From NCBI GenBank assembly GCA_963777605.1, contig CAVZRV010000016.1, positions 1-44,647 on the forward strand: a DNA stretch of 44,647 nucleotides. Direction: 5' to 3'. The notes under the pieces are model-generated. The model had not been told where the DNA came from. It did no database searches and saw only the letters and a program-made list of their open reading frames with translations. The position numbers and the translations under genes are program-made. This DNA is from an uncultured Acidobacteriota bacterium. GTDB taxonomy: Bacteria; Acidobacteriota; UBA6911; RPQK01; JAPXNP01. How positions within the stretch are numbered: the stretch's first letter is position 1; every line of letters begins with the position of its first letter. Of the stretch, positions 33,068-44,528 are shown piece after piece.

Positions 33068-34176
33068 ATGAATCGCCTTCTTCTGACACTCCCGTTGTTA
33101 CTTGTTCAGGGCTTCCTGACCGTGACGCTTGCCCAGCCTCATAGGGTAATCTTCGATACGGAGTTCAAGGGCCACTTCCGCCGCAGGATGATGCACCTTG
33201 CCCTTCTCCTGGCGCTCAACTCCCCGGAGATCGAGGTTCTGGGGATCACGACCGTGGCAGGAAACAAGAGCCGTGAGCAGGCCACCGCCGACGCCCTCAA
33301 GGTCCTTGAGGGCGTCGGTTGCGAAGAAACGCCGGTCTATCCCGGTGCAAACATGCCACTTATCCACGAAGTTTCGGAGTTCTCCTTCAAGCAACATGGC
33401 GAGTGGTGGAAGGACGGACCCCCAGATCCCCCTCTTGGCGAATTGGCCAGAAACAAGACCTGAAGTGAGAACTGCCGTCGATTTCATCGTCCGGACGGTA
33501 CTGGATAATCGGGACGAGATCACCATCGTGGCCATCGGACCTCTGACCAATATTGCTATGGCGATTCGCCAAGACCCTGACTTCGCCATGGCTGTAAAGA
33601 GTCTATATATAATGGGAGGAGCAGTCGCTTCACTGCCGGATGGTGCCAGCAACGTGACGCCCAATGCCGAATTCAATTTCTGGGTTGATCCCGAGGCCGC
33701 TCGCATCGTCCTACGGTCTGGCATTCCAATCGAACTGTCCCCGTTGAATGTCTCACGAAAGACTAGATTCTCTAAGGAGGACTTCGAAAGGATTGTGCGC
33801 GTCTCTAATCCCAGTACTCAGTTGCTGCGGGAGACGATGACGGCGCAATTCCAGCGGGAAGAAGCTATGTCCTCTCATTACCTAATGTATGATCAGGTTG
33901 CGGTAGCCAGTCTTCATCGATCCGTCTTTGGTTATGACCAAGGAATTATATGTTGATGTCGATATTAATCAAGGAGTCAATTACGGTGTTTCAGTTGGTG
34001 GAACCGAGGTGTGGCCAGGAGCAGAAGGCGCGCAGAGGATCCGAGTTCAGTATGACTTGAATTCGAATAGATTCATTAATCTTTTTGTCGACCGTATCTT
34101 TGACGAGTGGAAGAATTGGGACACATTGATCGTGTTCACGACCGCTAGAGATGGTGTGGAGCTCTATTATATTTGA
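33068..34176 (+). CDS. Secreted IUNH-family nucleoside hydrolase NH4 (frameshifted)
   Basis: Signal peptide MNRLLLTLPLLLVQGFLTVTLA, VIFDT..PPQDD, GITTVAGN, AIGPLTNIAMA, MGGA, NVTPNAEFNFWVDPEAA, PLNV and MYDQVAVA. Confidence 0.9.
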
Positions 34177-34299
34177 CAGGGCGTAATTGGTGTTAGGTAC
34201 GGTTCAAGAATCAGAAGGGTGCTTGATCATGACGCTGGTGCCTAGGTCCGGGGTATACTTTGATGCGGCTTCGTTACCGTAGTCCATGTCCGCAGTCCT

Positions 34300-36104
34300 G
34301 TGCCGACGTGGGGAGGATGTACACTTGATCTCCACTGTTTCCTCCCGCGGCCGTTTTCTGCGATCGACTTGCGTTTAACTTCTCGCTTATTCAAGTCGCT
34401 GCTTTCCGGCTTTGCTTTGCTGTGCGTGCTCATTCCAACCGCATTCGCTCTCCAAGTCGACGGTTCCTTTCAGCAGTTGCTGCGACAGGCACGGACTTCG
34501 CTCGAGAGGGGCCAGCCTCAGGGCGCGCGTCCTCTGTTGGAAGAGGCGGTCCGTCTTGAACCTGAGTCGGTCGTGGCTTGGATGATGCTGGCGGCCGCCT
34601 ATTCTCAGCTCGGGATGGAGCTCCAGGCTATCGAAAGCTACAGGCGAGTAATTCAGATCCAGCCGACTATCCCCAGCGCGCTCTACAACCTCGGCATCCT
34701 TGAGATGCAACAAGGAGATATGGGCTCTGCCGTCCGGAGCTTGCAAAAAGCGCACGCTCTAAGACCTCACGATGTTGGGATCGCGCTTCCCTTGTCCACC
34801 GTCGTCGAGTCTAGGTCGGGCACCAGAAGGCAAGCAATAGTGACTGCCCTAGAACAGATGCCTGAGATGTCACGCTTCCCTCAGGGTAGAGCTCGGAAAG
34901 GTGCTTGTGGATTACGATCTTTACCGAGAAGCGGCGCGCGTTTCCAGGGGACGGGACTCTCACAGGTGCCCGGCAATGTAGAGCTCAAGCTGTCTGCTTG
35001 CTGTCAGCCTTTTCCGGCTCGGCGAGTTCTGGAGAGGTAACCCCTCTTCTGGTAGGACGCGCGATTGAAGATCAGATTCAAGCACAGCTTTTGGCAGCTT
35101 CGCTCGCGAGAAACGGGCCGGCCGAATGCTCAAGCCGAGATTCTCGAAGACGCGGTCCACCAGTTTCAGGACAGAAATCTCTTCCTGGATTCCGCCGTCC
35201 AGCACTTCCTGGATGCCTGGGTGCACCGCCGCAGGCCGGTCATCAGAACGCTGAGTTCCGGTTTCGAGTCCCCTGGCTCAACGATCTTCCCCTGCGGTCG
35301 AAGCTGGCCCAGTTGTGCGCCAGCGAGCAGCGTTACTCGGAGGCGATCTCACTGCGGCAACCACAACCCCTTGATACTCTGTCCAACCGGGAACTGGAAG
35401 ACCCGAATGCAAGGCTATCTGGCACTACGTTGGGGGGAGAAGGCCGAAGGGGATGGTGAGGACGGCGACGCGGAACCACCGGATGCCGTTCAGAAGCCAT
35501 TCATCGTACTTTCGAACTTTCTGCATCTTCTGTGGTGAAGACCCCGAGGTGAATCGACTTTTGGCAGAAGCCGCTGACATCTGTGAATATTTTTCAGGGA
35601 TGCTCCGCCCGTTACCTTTTCACTTTGAGTATGAGCTATTACAGTCTATGTTAATTCGACCACACCCGCGATACGCTTGCTCGAGTCTTGAGCCTGGAGC
35701 CATCGTTTACACAGGGCCTACTTTCTAATGGCGCATTCGTTCTCCAGAGAGCTTCAGGAGATCGCGAGAGGGCACTGCCCTATTACGAAGAGGCAATGAG
35801 ACTGGATCCGGATAACCCCTCGTACGATTTCCAGTTGGGACTTGTCCTCGGCCAAACCGCAAAGAAAGAACAGGCCACAATTGAATTGCAGCGTTGGCTT
35901 GTGCTGAAGGAACTCACGCGCCCGCTCTATTCGAGCTTGCCCGCATCTATTTTGCAGACTCTAGACTGGATGAGGCTCAACCCTCTGCTCGAACGCGCGA
36001 TCGAAGCCAATCCGGAGTTCGAGAAAGTTCTTACGACCCGCTAAGCCAAGGTCTATGCGAGAAAGGGACGCACAGCAGAAGCCCGTGCAATGCTCGAGCA
36101 GTTT
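34300..36104 (+). CDS. TPR-repeat protein (heavily frameshifted, boundaries approximate)
   Basis: TPR helices AWMMLAAAYSQLG, ALYNLGIL, YYEEAMRLDPDNPSYDFQLGLVL and ALFELARIY appear in several frames. Confidence 0.65.
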
Positions 36105-36175
36105 AAGCAAGTTCAAGATAGAATCCGGCAAAGGATGAAGCAGTTGAAGGCTCAGGTGTTTCCCAGGGACCAGCG

Positions 36176-37945
36176 ATGATGAAAGACACCCTGAAACTTG
36201 GTCTGTTTACTCTTCTTTCCATCACGTTGATGCTCTTCTTTGCCGCAGTAACCGGGAACGACCTTGTCTCGAAATTCGCCTTCACAGATCCCAGATGTAG
36301 CCGGAGGAATCACCTTCAAGGCATACGAGTGGGGGTCCTGAGCAGGATGAGATTGTGGAATTGAAGGGAGGCGGTGTTGCCGTTCTTGATTTGATGGTGA
36401 CGGCTGGCTGGACAGTCCACTTCGTCAACGGCACAACGTTCGACTTTCAAGGTGCGCAGATATTCACTGACGATATGCAGGTGCCAGAAAAACGCGCTCT
36501 ATCGAAACAAAGCATGATGGCACTTTTGAAGATGTTACCGTGAGAAAGTGGCACAAGGTATGTCTGGTTTGGCAATGGGTGCGTCATCCGCAGACTATGA
36601 CAACGACAGGGATGCCCACCAGTATCTGGCCGTCATTGGACCCTGACGTCCTCTATAGAAACAATGGCGACGGAACTCACCGATGTACCAGACAAACTGG
36701 CATCGACGTGCCAGGTGGAATACAGGCTCGGCATGGGGAGACGATGACAAGGATGGCGACCTTGATTTATATGTGGCTCGCTATATCGATTTCAAGAAGG
36801 ACAAGGTCCCTCCACGGGGTAGCACCCGCTATTGTCAGTACCGTGGTATAGCTGTCCAGTGCCGCCCCCGTGGCCTGGATGCACTGCCGGACAGGCTTTA
36901 CCGCAATGAAGGGAACGGCACCTTTACCGACGTAACGACGCAAGCGTTTGGCACTGAACAACGCCGGTACTACGGATTCACTCCGATTTGGGCCGACTTC
37001 GATGATGATGGTTGGCTAGACGTATTTGTGGCCAACGATGCCACTCCGAACCTTTTCTACCACAATCTTGGAGATGGCACCTTCGACGAGGAGGGAGCTA
37101 TAAGAGGATGTGGGTACAGTGGAGATGGTCGGGAGCAATCCGGTATGGGAGCAGACGTTGATGATTTCAATCACGACGGTCTCCTGGATTTGTTCGTGGC
37201 CAACTTCTCAGACGACTGCAATACCCTCTACCAAAATGTCGGGGGAGGTTTCTTCAAAGACGTTACAGTCGATATGGGCCTGATGTCAGTGAGTTGGCAG
37301 ATGGTTGGTTTCGCCTTGAAGTTCCTAGATGTCGATCAGGACGGATGGAAGGATGCTTTCATTGTAAATGGTCATGTTTATCCCGGGATCGAAAGTTGGC
37401 AAATGGATTCCGGCTATAAGCAGCATCCTCAGATTTTACACAACGATCAGGGCCATACGTTTCGAGACGTGACGGAGCAGATTGGCGGTGATCTCCTCGT
37501 CAAGAGGGTGGGTCGCGGGGCGGCGTTCGGAGACTTCGACAATGACGGGGATATCGATATCGTGGTTAACAACCTCGACGATTTCCCGAGTCTCCTAATC
37601 TGCAAAGCTCAACCGGGACGCAACTGGCTCTCAGTGCGGCTGAGAGGAACCAAGGGGAATCGTGACGGCTTTGGTGCGCTGCTTCAGCTGCGGTCAGGTG
37701 AACTGACCCAAACCCAGCCGGCTTATCAGGCCGGTGGATTCCTGTCCAGCAACGACCCTCGAATCAACTTCGGTTTGGGTACAAATAACAAGATCGATGA
37801 ACTCCAGGTGAAGTGGCTCTCAGGCGCGGTGCAGACGTTTCGGAATCTCGAAGCCAATCAGTTCGTGGAGATCACAGAGGGAAGACCCGATCCGAGCTGT
37901 AAGAAGCCGGCAGTCAGTGTACCTGCGGTGAGGGACTCGCAATGA
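36176..37945 (+). CDS. CRTAC1-family FG-GAP repeat protein with ASPIC/UnbV C-terminus (5' part frameshifted)
   Basis: Repeated DxDxDGxxDL motifs, LYRNEGNGTFTDVT, SGMG, GRGAAFGDFDNDGDID, NRDGFGA and GFLSSND..NFGLG. Confidence 0.9.
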
Positions 37946-39096
37946 TTCGATGGACGGCCATAGGGTCATATATTTGTATCCTCTTGCTGACGAGTCCTTG
38001 GGTCGGAACAGCCAGCGCTCAGAGCGATCCGGAACTTCAACTCCTATCGGAAGAGGCTCAGCGGGCGCTTCAGTCCGAAGACTTTGCAGAAGCCCAGGCT
38101 GCGCTTGAAAAGATTGTTGCGGCGAGACCTTACGTGGCTGAGGTGCACGCGAATCTTGGCCTGGCTCTTTATATGCAACAGAAGTATCAGCAGGCTCTTG
38201 ACCACCTCTCCAAAGCGGTTGAACTCAATCCTTCACTCACCTCGGCCCGCGGACTCGTTGGCTTAACGCTCTTCAACCTGAGCCAGTTTAAGAAGTGTGT
38301 TGAGGTTCTTCAAGGACTGCCCGACCTTGAGGATCGAGATCCTGTCTTCCTTCAGCACTTCGCCGTGGCTCTGGTGAAGACGGGTGAATTCGAGAAGGCC
38401 ATTCCCTTTCTTGCTGAGTGGCTCAAGAAGGAGCCCGGCAGTGTCGATGCCTTGTACTACAAGGGTCAAGCTTCGATGCTTCTCGCAATTCAAACCTTCG
38501 AGGAACTCAAGCGAATTTCTCCCCGCTCCTACCGATTGCGGCAACTTCAGGCGGAGCTCCTGCGAAGCCAGGGCCACATCGAACCGGCGATTGCAGAGTA
38601 TTTAAAGGCGATCGCCGATAATCCGGGAGTACCGGGACTCCACTATTCTCTTGCCGAAGTCTACTGGGAGAACCAACGGCTCGATGACGCTCTAAAGCAC
38701 CTTCAGGCGGAGCTGGAGCTTAGTCCCAATGATCCCATGTCGAACTATCTTCTCGGAGCAGTCTATTTAGGGTTGCGCAAGTTTGACGATGCGGAACGCC
38801 ATTTGAGGCGAGCTCTTGAGATCCGCCCGGATCTGGTTGATGCTCATATTGATTTAGCTTCGGTCTTTCGGGCACGAGGGGACCTTGACTCCGCCATTGA
38901 GAGCCTGGATCGGGCAGCCACCCTGGACCCGGAAAGGGAGCAACCGCACTATATGCTGTCTCAAATCTACAGCCAGATTGGTAGCACCGAGCGCGCGCGT
39001 TCCGAGTTTCAGTTGTTTCAGAAGCTCAAAGCCAAGCACCAGCAGGAAGAGCAGGATATCATCGCCGATAAGAACCGGTCCGTTGCGGAACCATAG
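37942..39096 (+). CDS. Secreted TPR-repeat protein
   Basis: Intact 384-aa ORF with a signal peptide and multiple TPRs (HANLGLALY, HYSLAEVY, NYLLGAVY). It overlaps the CRTAC1 stop. Confidence 0.85.
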   Translation: MIRWTAIGSYICILLLTSPWVGTASAQSDPELQLLSEEAQRALQSEDFAEAQAALEKIVAARPYVAEVHANLGLALYMQQKYQQALDHLSKAVELNPSLTSARGLVGLTLFNLSQFKKCVEVLQGLPDLEDRDPVFLQHFAVALVKTGEFEKAIPFLAEWLKKEPGSVDALYYKGQASMLLAIQTFEELKRISPRSYRLRQLQAELLRSQGHIEPAIAEYLKAIADNPGVPGLHYSLAEVYWENQRLDDALKHLQAELELSPNDPMSNYLLGAVYLGLRKFDDAERHLRRALEIRPDLVDAHIDLASVFRARGDLDSAIESLDRAATLDPEREQPHYMLSQIYSQIGSTERARSEFQLFQKLKAKHQQEEQDIIADKNRSVAEP

Positions 39097-39110
39097 CATT
39101 AGGCAGGATT

Positions 39111-40067
39111 GTGTTGTCAGTACACCGTTGCATAGTCTCCATCTTCATTGTGATAGTCGGTATTGCCTTCGATGGGTTGCTTGCACGCCAGGATGCCGAT
39201 GTCATCCACGATGCCCTGTCCGAGTTTCGAAACGGACACTACGAGGAGGTCGTGCGGCGGCTTCAAGTGTACCTGCAACAGGAACCTCGAGACGCTGCCG
39301 CCCACCACCTTCTCGGGTTGACCTTTGCCGTGCAGGGCGACGATCAAGAGGCGCTCGAGAACCTCACAAGGTCTTTGGAGTTGTCGCCCGGGAATTCTCT
39401 TTTTGCTGTCAATCTGGCCCGTTTCTGTCTCGGCAGAGGTGAGCGTGCTCAGGCAATTCAGGTTCTGACCAATGTTTTACATTACGAGGAGACGCCCGAG
39501 GTCTATCGAATGTTGGGACTGATAAAGTTGGATGAGCGCGATGGCGCCGGTGCAATTGCATGTTTCGCAAAGGCGCTGGAGTTGAGCCCAGACGACGTTC
39601 AGTCATGGTATTACATGGGCTTGACACATCACGCATACGGCCATTTCGACGAGGCCAAGGTTGCCTACCAGGAAGGTTTGAAGCGTTCGCCTGAGGACTT
39701 CTACTGTCATTTCCAACTGGGAAAGATTTATGCATTGCATCGAGATTGGACGGAAGCATTGGCCGAGTTTCAAGCTGCAGAAGCGGTGGAGAATGGCTCA
39801 GCAGAGGTCTGTAGGTATTTGAAGGAAGCTTTCCTTGCGCTGGGACAAACGGATGATGCTCTGAGGACGGCTGAGAGGGCTGTCGAACTCAATCCTGAGG
39901 ATGGGCCCACGCAGTACCAGTTGGGGAAAACACTGATCCGAATGGGAAGAACTCAGGACGCACGCGGCCATCTGGAGTATTTAGATCGGCAAGGAACGGA
40001 TACGGAGCCGACCTTATCCGATCACTGGAAACTTGTGTTCCGAGGCGCCGCCTCTGGGCCGAAGTGA
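39111..40067 (+). CDS. Secreted TPR-repeat protein
   Basis: Intact 318-aa ORF with a hydrophobic N-terminus and TPRs (HHLLGLTF, WYYMGL, HFQLGKIY, QYQLGKTL). Confidence 0.85.
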   Translation: MLSVHRCIVSIFIVIVGIAFDGLLARQDADVIHDALSEFRNGHYEEVVRRLQVYLQQEPRDAAAHHLLGLTFAVQGDDQEALENLTRSLELSPGNSLFAVNLARFCLGRGERAQAIQVLTNVLHYEETPEVYRMLGLIKLDERDGAGAIACFAKALELSPDDVQSWYYMGLTHHAYGHFDEAKVAYQEGLKRSPEDFYCHFQLGKIYALHRDWTEALAEFQAAEAVENGSAEVCRYLKEAFLALGQTDDALRTAERAVELNPEDGPTQYQLGKTLIRMGRTQDARGHLEYLDRQGTDTEPTLSDHWKLVFRGAASGPK

Positions 40068-40144
40068 TGTTGCGAGCACGATTGAGATAAGCAACTCATT
40101 TGCGGCTCTGAGGATGGTAATCCAGTGTTCTTAATGGAGGAAAC

Positions 40145-41066
40145 ATGAGACCGAAAATCGTGGTTGCCGGGAGTTCCAATACCGACATGGTGGTCAAGCT
40201 TCCCAGACTTCCTGTCGCAGGGGAAACCCTCTTAGGGGCGGCCCCCGCCATCGCGGCGGGAGGAAAAACGTAAAACCCAGAGCCGTGATGCTAATTCACT
40301 ATTGGGAGCCGAAGTAATTTTCCTGGCCCGGGTCGGTTCGGACATTTTTGGTGATCGGGGGCTTCAGGGTTTCAGAGACGAGGGTCTCTGTACAGATTTC
40401 ATAGTTCAGGACCAATCTCATCCTTCTGGAGTTGCTTTGATTCTGGTTGATCGCCAAGGTGAGAATGTCATTGCCGTGGCTTCCGGTGCAAACAGTCACC
40501 TAAGTCCTGCAGATGTTGACCGGGCGAAGCACGCGATCAGCACCGCCTCCGTGTTGTTGACGCAATTGGAGATCCCCCTGGAAACCGTAAAACATGCTGC
40601 GAGACTCGCCCGCGAGGCCGGGGTTAGAGTCATCCTCAACCCCGCACCCGCTCGAGATCTTGATGATGAGCTTCTCAGAGACATTTCGGTAATAACACCG
40701 AATGAAACGGAGATTGAAAACCTCACTGGTGTCAAGCCCACGGATCTCAGGACGGCGAGAGATGCCGGCGCTTATCTGATCGGTAGAGGCGTCGGGCAAG
40801 TCATCATCACAAAGGGTTCTGAAGGGTGCTTTCTGGTGACGAAAGATGACTGCGAACAGATTCCATCGGTCCGCATCAAGGCGGTCGATACCACTGCAGC
40901 CGGAGACGCGTTCAACGGAGCTTTGGCTTGCGGGCTTGCTGAGGGTTTGGTCATAAGTGAGGCCATCAGGTTTGCCAATCGGGTCGCGGCCTTCTCGGTG
41001 ACCCGCCTGGGCGCGCAGCCATCACTGCCAACACGAGCACAGTTGGCCGATTTCTATACGAAATAG
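40145..41066 (+). CDS. rbsK: Ribokinase (frameshifted near 40230-40300)
   Basis: MRPKIVVAGSSNTDMVV..PVAGET, RVGSDIFG, GENVIAVASGAN, QLEIP, LNPAP, PNETE, DTTAAGDAFNG and SVTRLGAQPS. Confidence 0.93.
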
Positions 41067-41301
41067 CGAGTTCTCTCTTTCTTCTCGACGCGCCTAGGTG
41101 GCCGGAGATACATGGTTATCCGAAAGACATGAGTGCAAGATTGAACGAGAGAGTCATTTCCATGGCAGCGCCTTCATTACGTCGCAGAGCCTTGGCCATG
41201 TACTCCTTTTCGTGTGCGATCATACGATCCTGGAAACTCTGTCCCAGGGAACCTTTTTCGTGAAAGTCAATGCCCAGTCTGATGGTAGAATGCGAGTTAT
41301 T

Positions 41302-42341
41302 ATGATGTCCAACATTTCTCCCAATTCCTCAACACGGCCGACCAAGCTTATCTCACTGTTCTTCGCTCTTGCCTTATTTGCCTGGATTAGCACCGGACAG
41401 GTTCTGGGTGCTGAAAAGATCCGGTCGTCCTTTCGACTGATGTCGGCAATGAAGTGGACGATCAGTGGGCGATTGTCTATTTGCTGCTAAGCCCTGAGTT
41501 CGACGTAAAGGGCATTATCTCCGCCCATGCCCCCAGCATAGCTTCACCAGCCGGGCAGACCAGCTATGGAATTCTGCGTCACATCGTGGAGCAACGACTC
41601 AACATGACCGAACACCCTCCGCTCTTCGCCGGTGCGGATTCTCCTTCTAGGATCGAAAGACTCCCAGGCAGAGCGCGGGGATGGAGTTTTTGATCGAAGC
41701 GTCCAAGCCCTTCGATGCTTCCAATCGCTTGCAGGTGGTGGCCATAGGGGCAGCGACCGATATCGCGTCGGCCATCCTGAAGGATCCCGCTATTGTCCAT
41801 CGCATCCGGATTGTAGACATGGGTTTCAGCAGCTGGGACAAAGCCTCCGCAGGGACAGGAATTTAATATTCAGAACGACCCTGCGGCAATGCAATTGATC
41901 TTGGCCTCTCCCGTACCCCTCGTGGTCGGGGCCGGTGATGTTTGCCGCCAGAATCTGGCTCTCAGCCTCAAAGAGGCGGTAGCTATGCTCAAGGATCGCG
42001 GCCCGATTGGCAAATGGCTGTGGACCGAGTTTCAAGGGTGGTATTATCGTTTCATCAAACCCTTGCGCCAGGATGATTTTTCACGCCCGTGGATCATCTG
42101 GGACAATATTACCCTCGCCTACCTTATGGGAATGGCCTCTTCGGTCACTCATCCTCGGCCACAACTGATGGATGACCTGTCTTTCCAGATGTCCGAGACC
42201 GGTCAGACGGTCTCTTGGATCACGGATGTGGATGAAGATCGAATGTGGGCGGACTTCCTTGGTAAATTAGATCGCTACGAGGCAACTCACAAGCTCAGTG
42301 ATTGCCCAGCGATGACTCGATTGACCTTTGGTTTACCGTAG
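41302..42341 (+). CDS. Secreted IUNH-family nucleoside hydrolase NH5 (frameshifted)
   Basis: Signal peptide, STDVGNEVDDQWA, SAHAPSIA, IGAATDIASA, YYRFIKPLRQDDFSRPWIIWD and ITDVDEDRMWADFL. It is a close paralogue of NH2. Confidence 0.85.
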
Positions 42342-42439
42342 AAGAGTTCTGAGAGTGAACGTGACCTTCACCGAGGAGCAGAGCAATCTCGTACAGAGCT
42401 GGCACAACCTTGAAGCACAGTGATCGAAGGGATTGAGGA

Positions 42440-44136
42440 ATGTCTTATCGCTGGAGACTCTCTGCACTTCTACTGTTCCTCAGTGCCCTGTATTTCCCGG
42501 AGGTTTTTCCCGCCGACAGAACGATCTTCTCCGACATGACCGGAGCCTTGCACGGTTATCAATTCAGGCACCATACCGGGACCCGCGGGCACAAAAGAGC
42601 TCATCGAGCCGTTTGCGTCCGGTTGTGCCCTGTTCGATTACGATGGTGACGGAGATTTGGATCTCTATTTTCTGAATGGAGCCGAGATTCCTTCACTCCG
42701 CAAGGCAGGCCCTGAATACGCCAACCGCCTCTATAGAAATGACGGGAACTTCAGGTTTGTGGATGTCACTGAAGAAGCTGGACTCGAATCGGCCGGGTAT
42801 TGTTTCGGCGCTGCTGTCGGCGACTACGACAACGACGGCGACGTGGATATTTATGTGACGAAGTTCGGTCCGAATCAGCTCTTTCAGAATTTGGGTAACG
42901 GAAGATTCCGTGATGTTACAGGAGAGGCAGGCGTTAAGGGAGGGAAGTGGAGCACAAGTGCGGCCTTTCTCGACTACGATAACGACGGTTTCTTGGATCT
43001 GTACGTATGCCGCTATCTCGAGGGGAAGTTCTTAAGGGTCCCTTCTGCGGCAACGAGAGCGCCGGGTGGCGAAGCTATTGTCTCCCTGATCTCTTTCCTC
43101 CGATACCTGATCTTCTTTATCGTAATAATCGCGACGGTACCTTCACGGATGTGTCGAGTGACGCCGGCGTGAGTTCTGCGAAGGCAAAGGGCCTCGGCGT
43201 CACGATTGGTGATTTCAACCGCGACGGATGGATCGATATCTTCGTCGCGAATGATCGCCACAAGGACTTTCTGTTTGAGAACAAGGGAGATGGGACGTTC
43301 CAGGAGATGGGTTCCATTTATGGTGTCAGTTACAGCATGGATGGTACGCGCCGGGCCGGGATGGGGACCGACTTCGGAGACTTCAACCAGGATGGTTGGC
43401 TCGACCTCATCGTCTCAAATTTCTCCGATGAGGGCATTGCGGTGTTTGAAAGCTACGAGGCCAAGTTCTTTGAAGATCAGGCCGGCTTGGTTGGTGTGCT
43501 GGAACCTTCCTTTCAGTATGTGATATTCGGCCTTAAATTCTTTGATTATGACAATGATGGGAGGTTAGATATTCTCGGCGTCACCGGGCACATCCTCGAC
43601 GACATCGAACGTTACCGACCGGACCGTACTCACGACGGTCCGACCTTGTTGTTCCACAATGACGGGGACGGCTTCGATCTTGTCACCGACGAACCTGGGG
43701 GGCGTTGAGTCAGCGTACGGTTGGCCGAGGGGCTGCGTTCGGTGATTTGGATAATGATGGGGACGTCGATGTGGTCATAAACAACAGCGACAGCGCGCCA
43801 TCCATTCTTCGGAACGATGTCGGGCAGCGGCAGGGCTCCTTCCTTCTGAAACTGGAGGGAACGAAGAGCAACCGCGATGGGATCGGGACGCGCGTTGAGG
43901 TGCAATGTTCTGGGCACGAGCAGGTATTGGAGGTTAAATCTGCCGCAAGCTATCTCGCCGCCAATGATCTGCGCCTGCACGTGGGTCTCGGGCAATGTGA
44001 CACAGCGGACAGGATTCTTCTCAAATGGCCGAGTGGCGTGAACCAGACGCTCGAGCATGTGAAGCGAGGACACATCTATCGCGTTGTTGAAGGCCAGGGC
44101 ATCGAGGATTCGATCGCTTTGTCCAATCCGAAATAA
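42440..44136 (+). CDS. Second CRTAC1-family FG-GAP/ASPIC-UnbV protein (frameshifted)
   Basis: DYDGDGDLDLYF, LYRNDGNFRFVDVT, GDYDNDGDVD, RAGMG, GRGAAFGDLDNDGDVD, SNRDGIG and SYLAAND..HVGLG. Confidence 0.9.
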
Positions 44137-44144
44137 GACTGGGT

Positions 44145-44528
44145 GGCGCTGTCAAGTTAATGGTGGCCATGAGATTTGGAGACAGAAAACGCCCCGGCAG
44201 AGTGCTGCTCAGCGGGCGCAGGTCACCTCTCTCCAATGGGAGAAAGCTCTGTCGCGGAGTAGCCTGCTAAGCTTGTCGGTGATCCGTTTCCACGGCGGTT
44301 CCCCTTGTCCTTTCAACACCTTACGGAAGAACCGCTTAGCTGCTTTCGTGTTTCGCCTCCTGGTTACCAGGATGTCGAGAACATCGCCATCCTGATCGAC
44401 TGCTCTCCAAAGATAGAACTGTTGGCCCTGAATCTTCATAACCAATGATCTCAGCAGGAAAACGATGGCCTTTGAAGAGCGAGTTCATTCCTGTATTTTC
44501 TCAACGAGCCCATCAACTTGACAGTGCC
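44145..44528 (-). mobile_element. Internally deleted IS6-family element (copy 2)
   Basis: Inverted repeats GGCGCTGTCAAGTT (44145-44158) and AACTTGACAGTGCC (44515-44528). ORF 44209..44445 reads VMKIQGQQFYLWRAVDQDGDVLDILVTRRRNTKAAKRFFRKVLKGQG...ITDKL. Confidence 0.88.
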
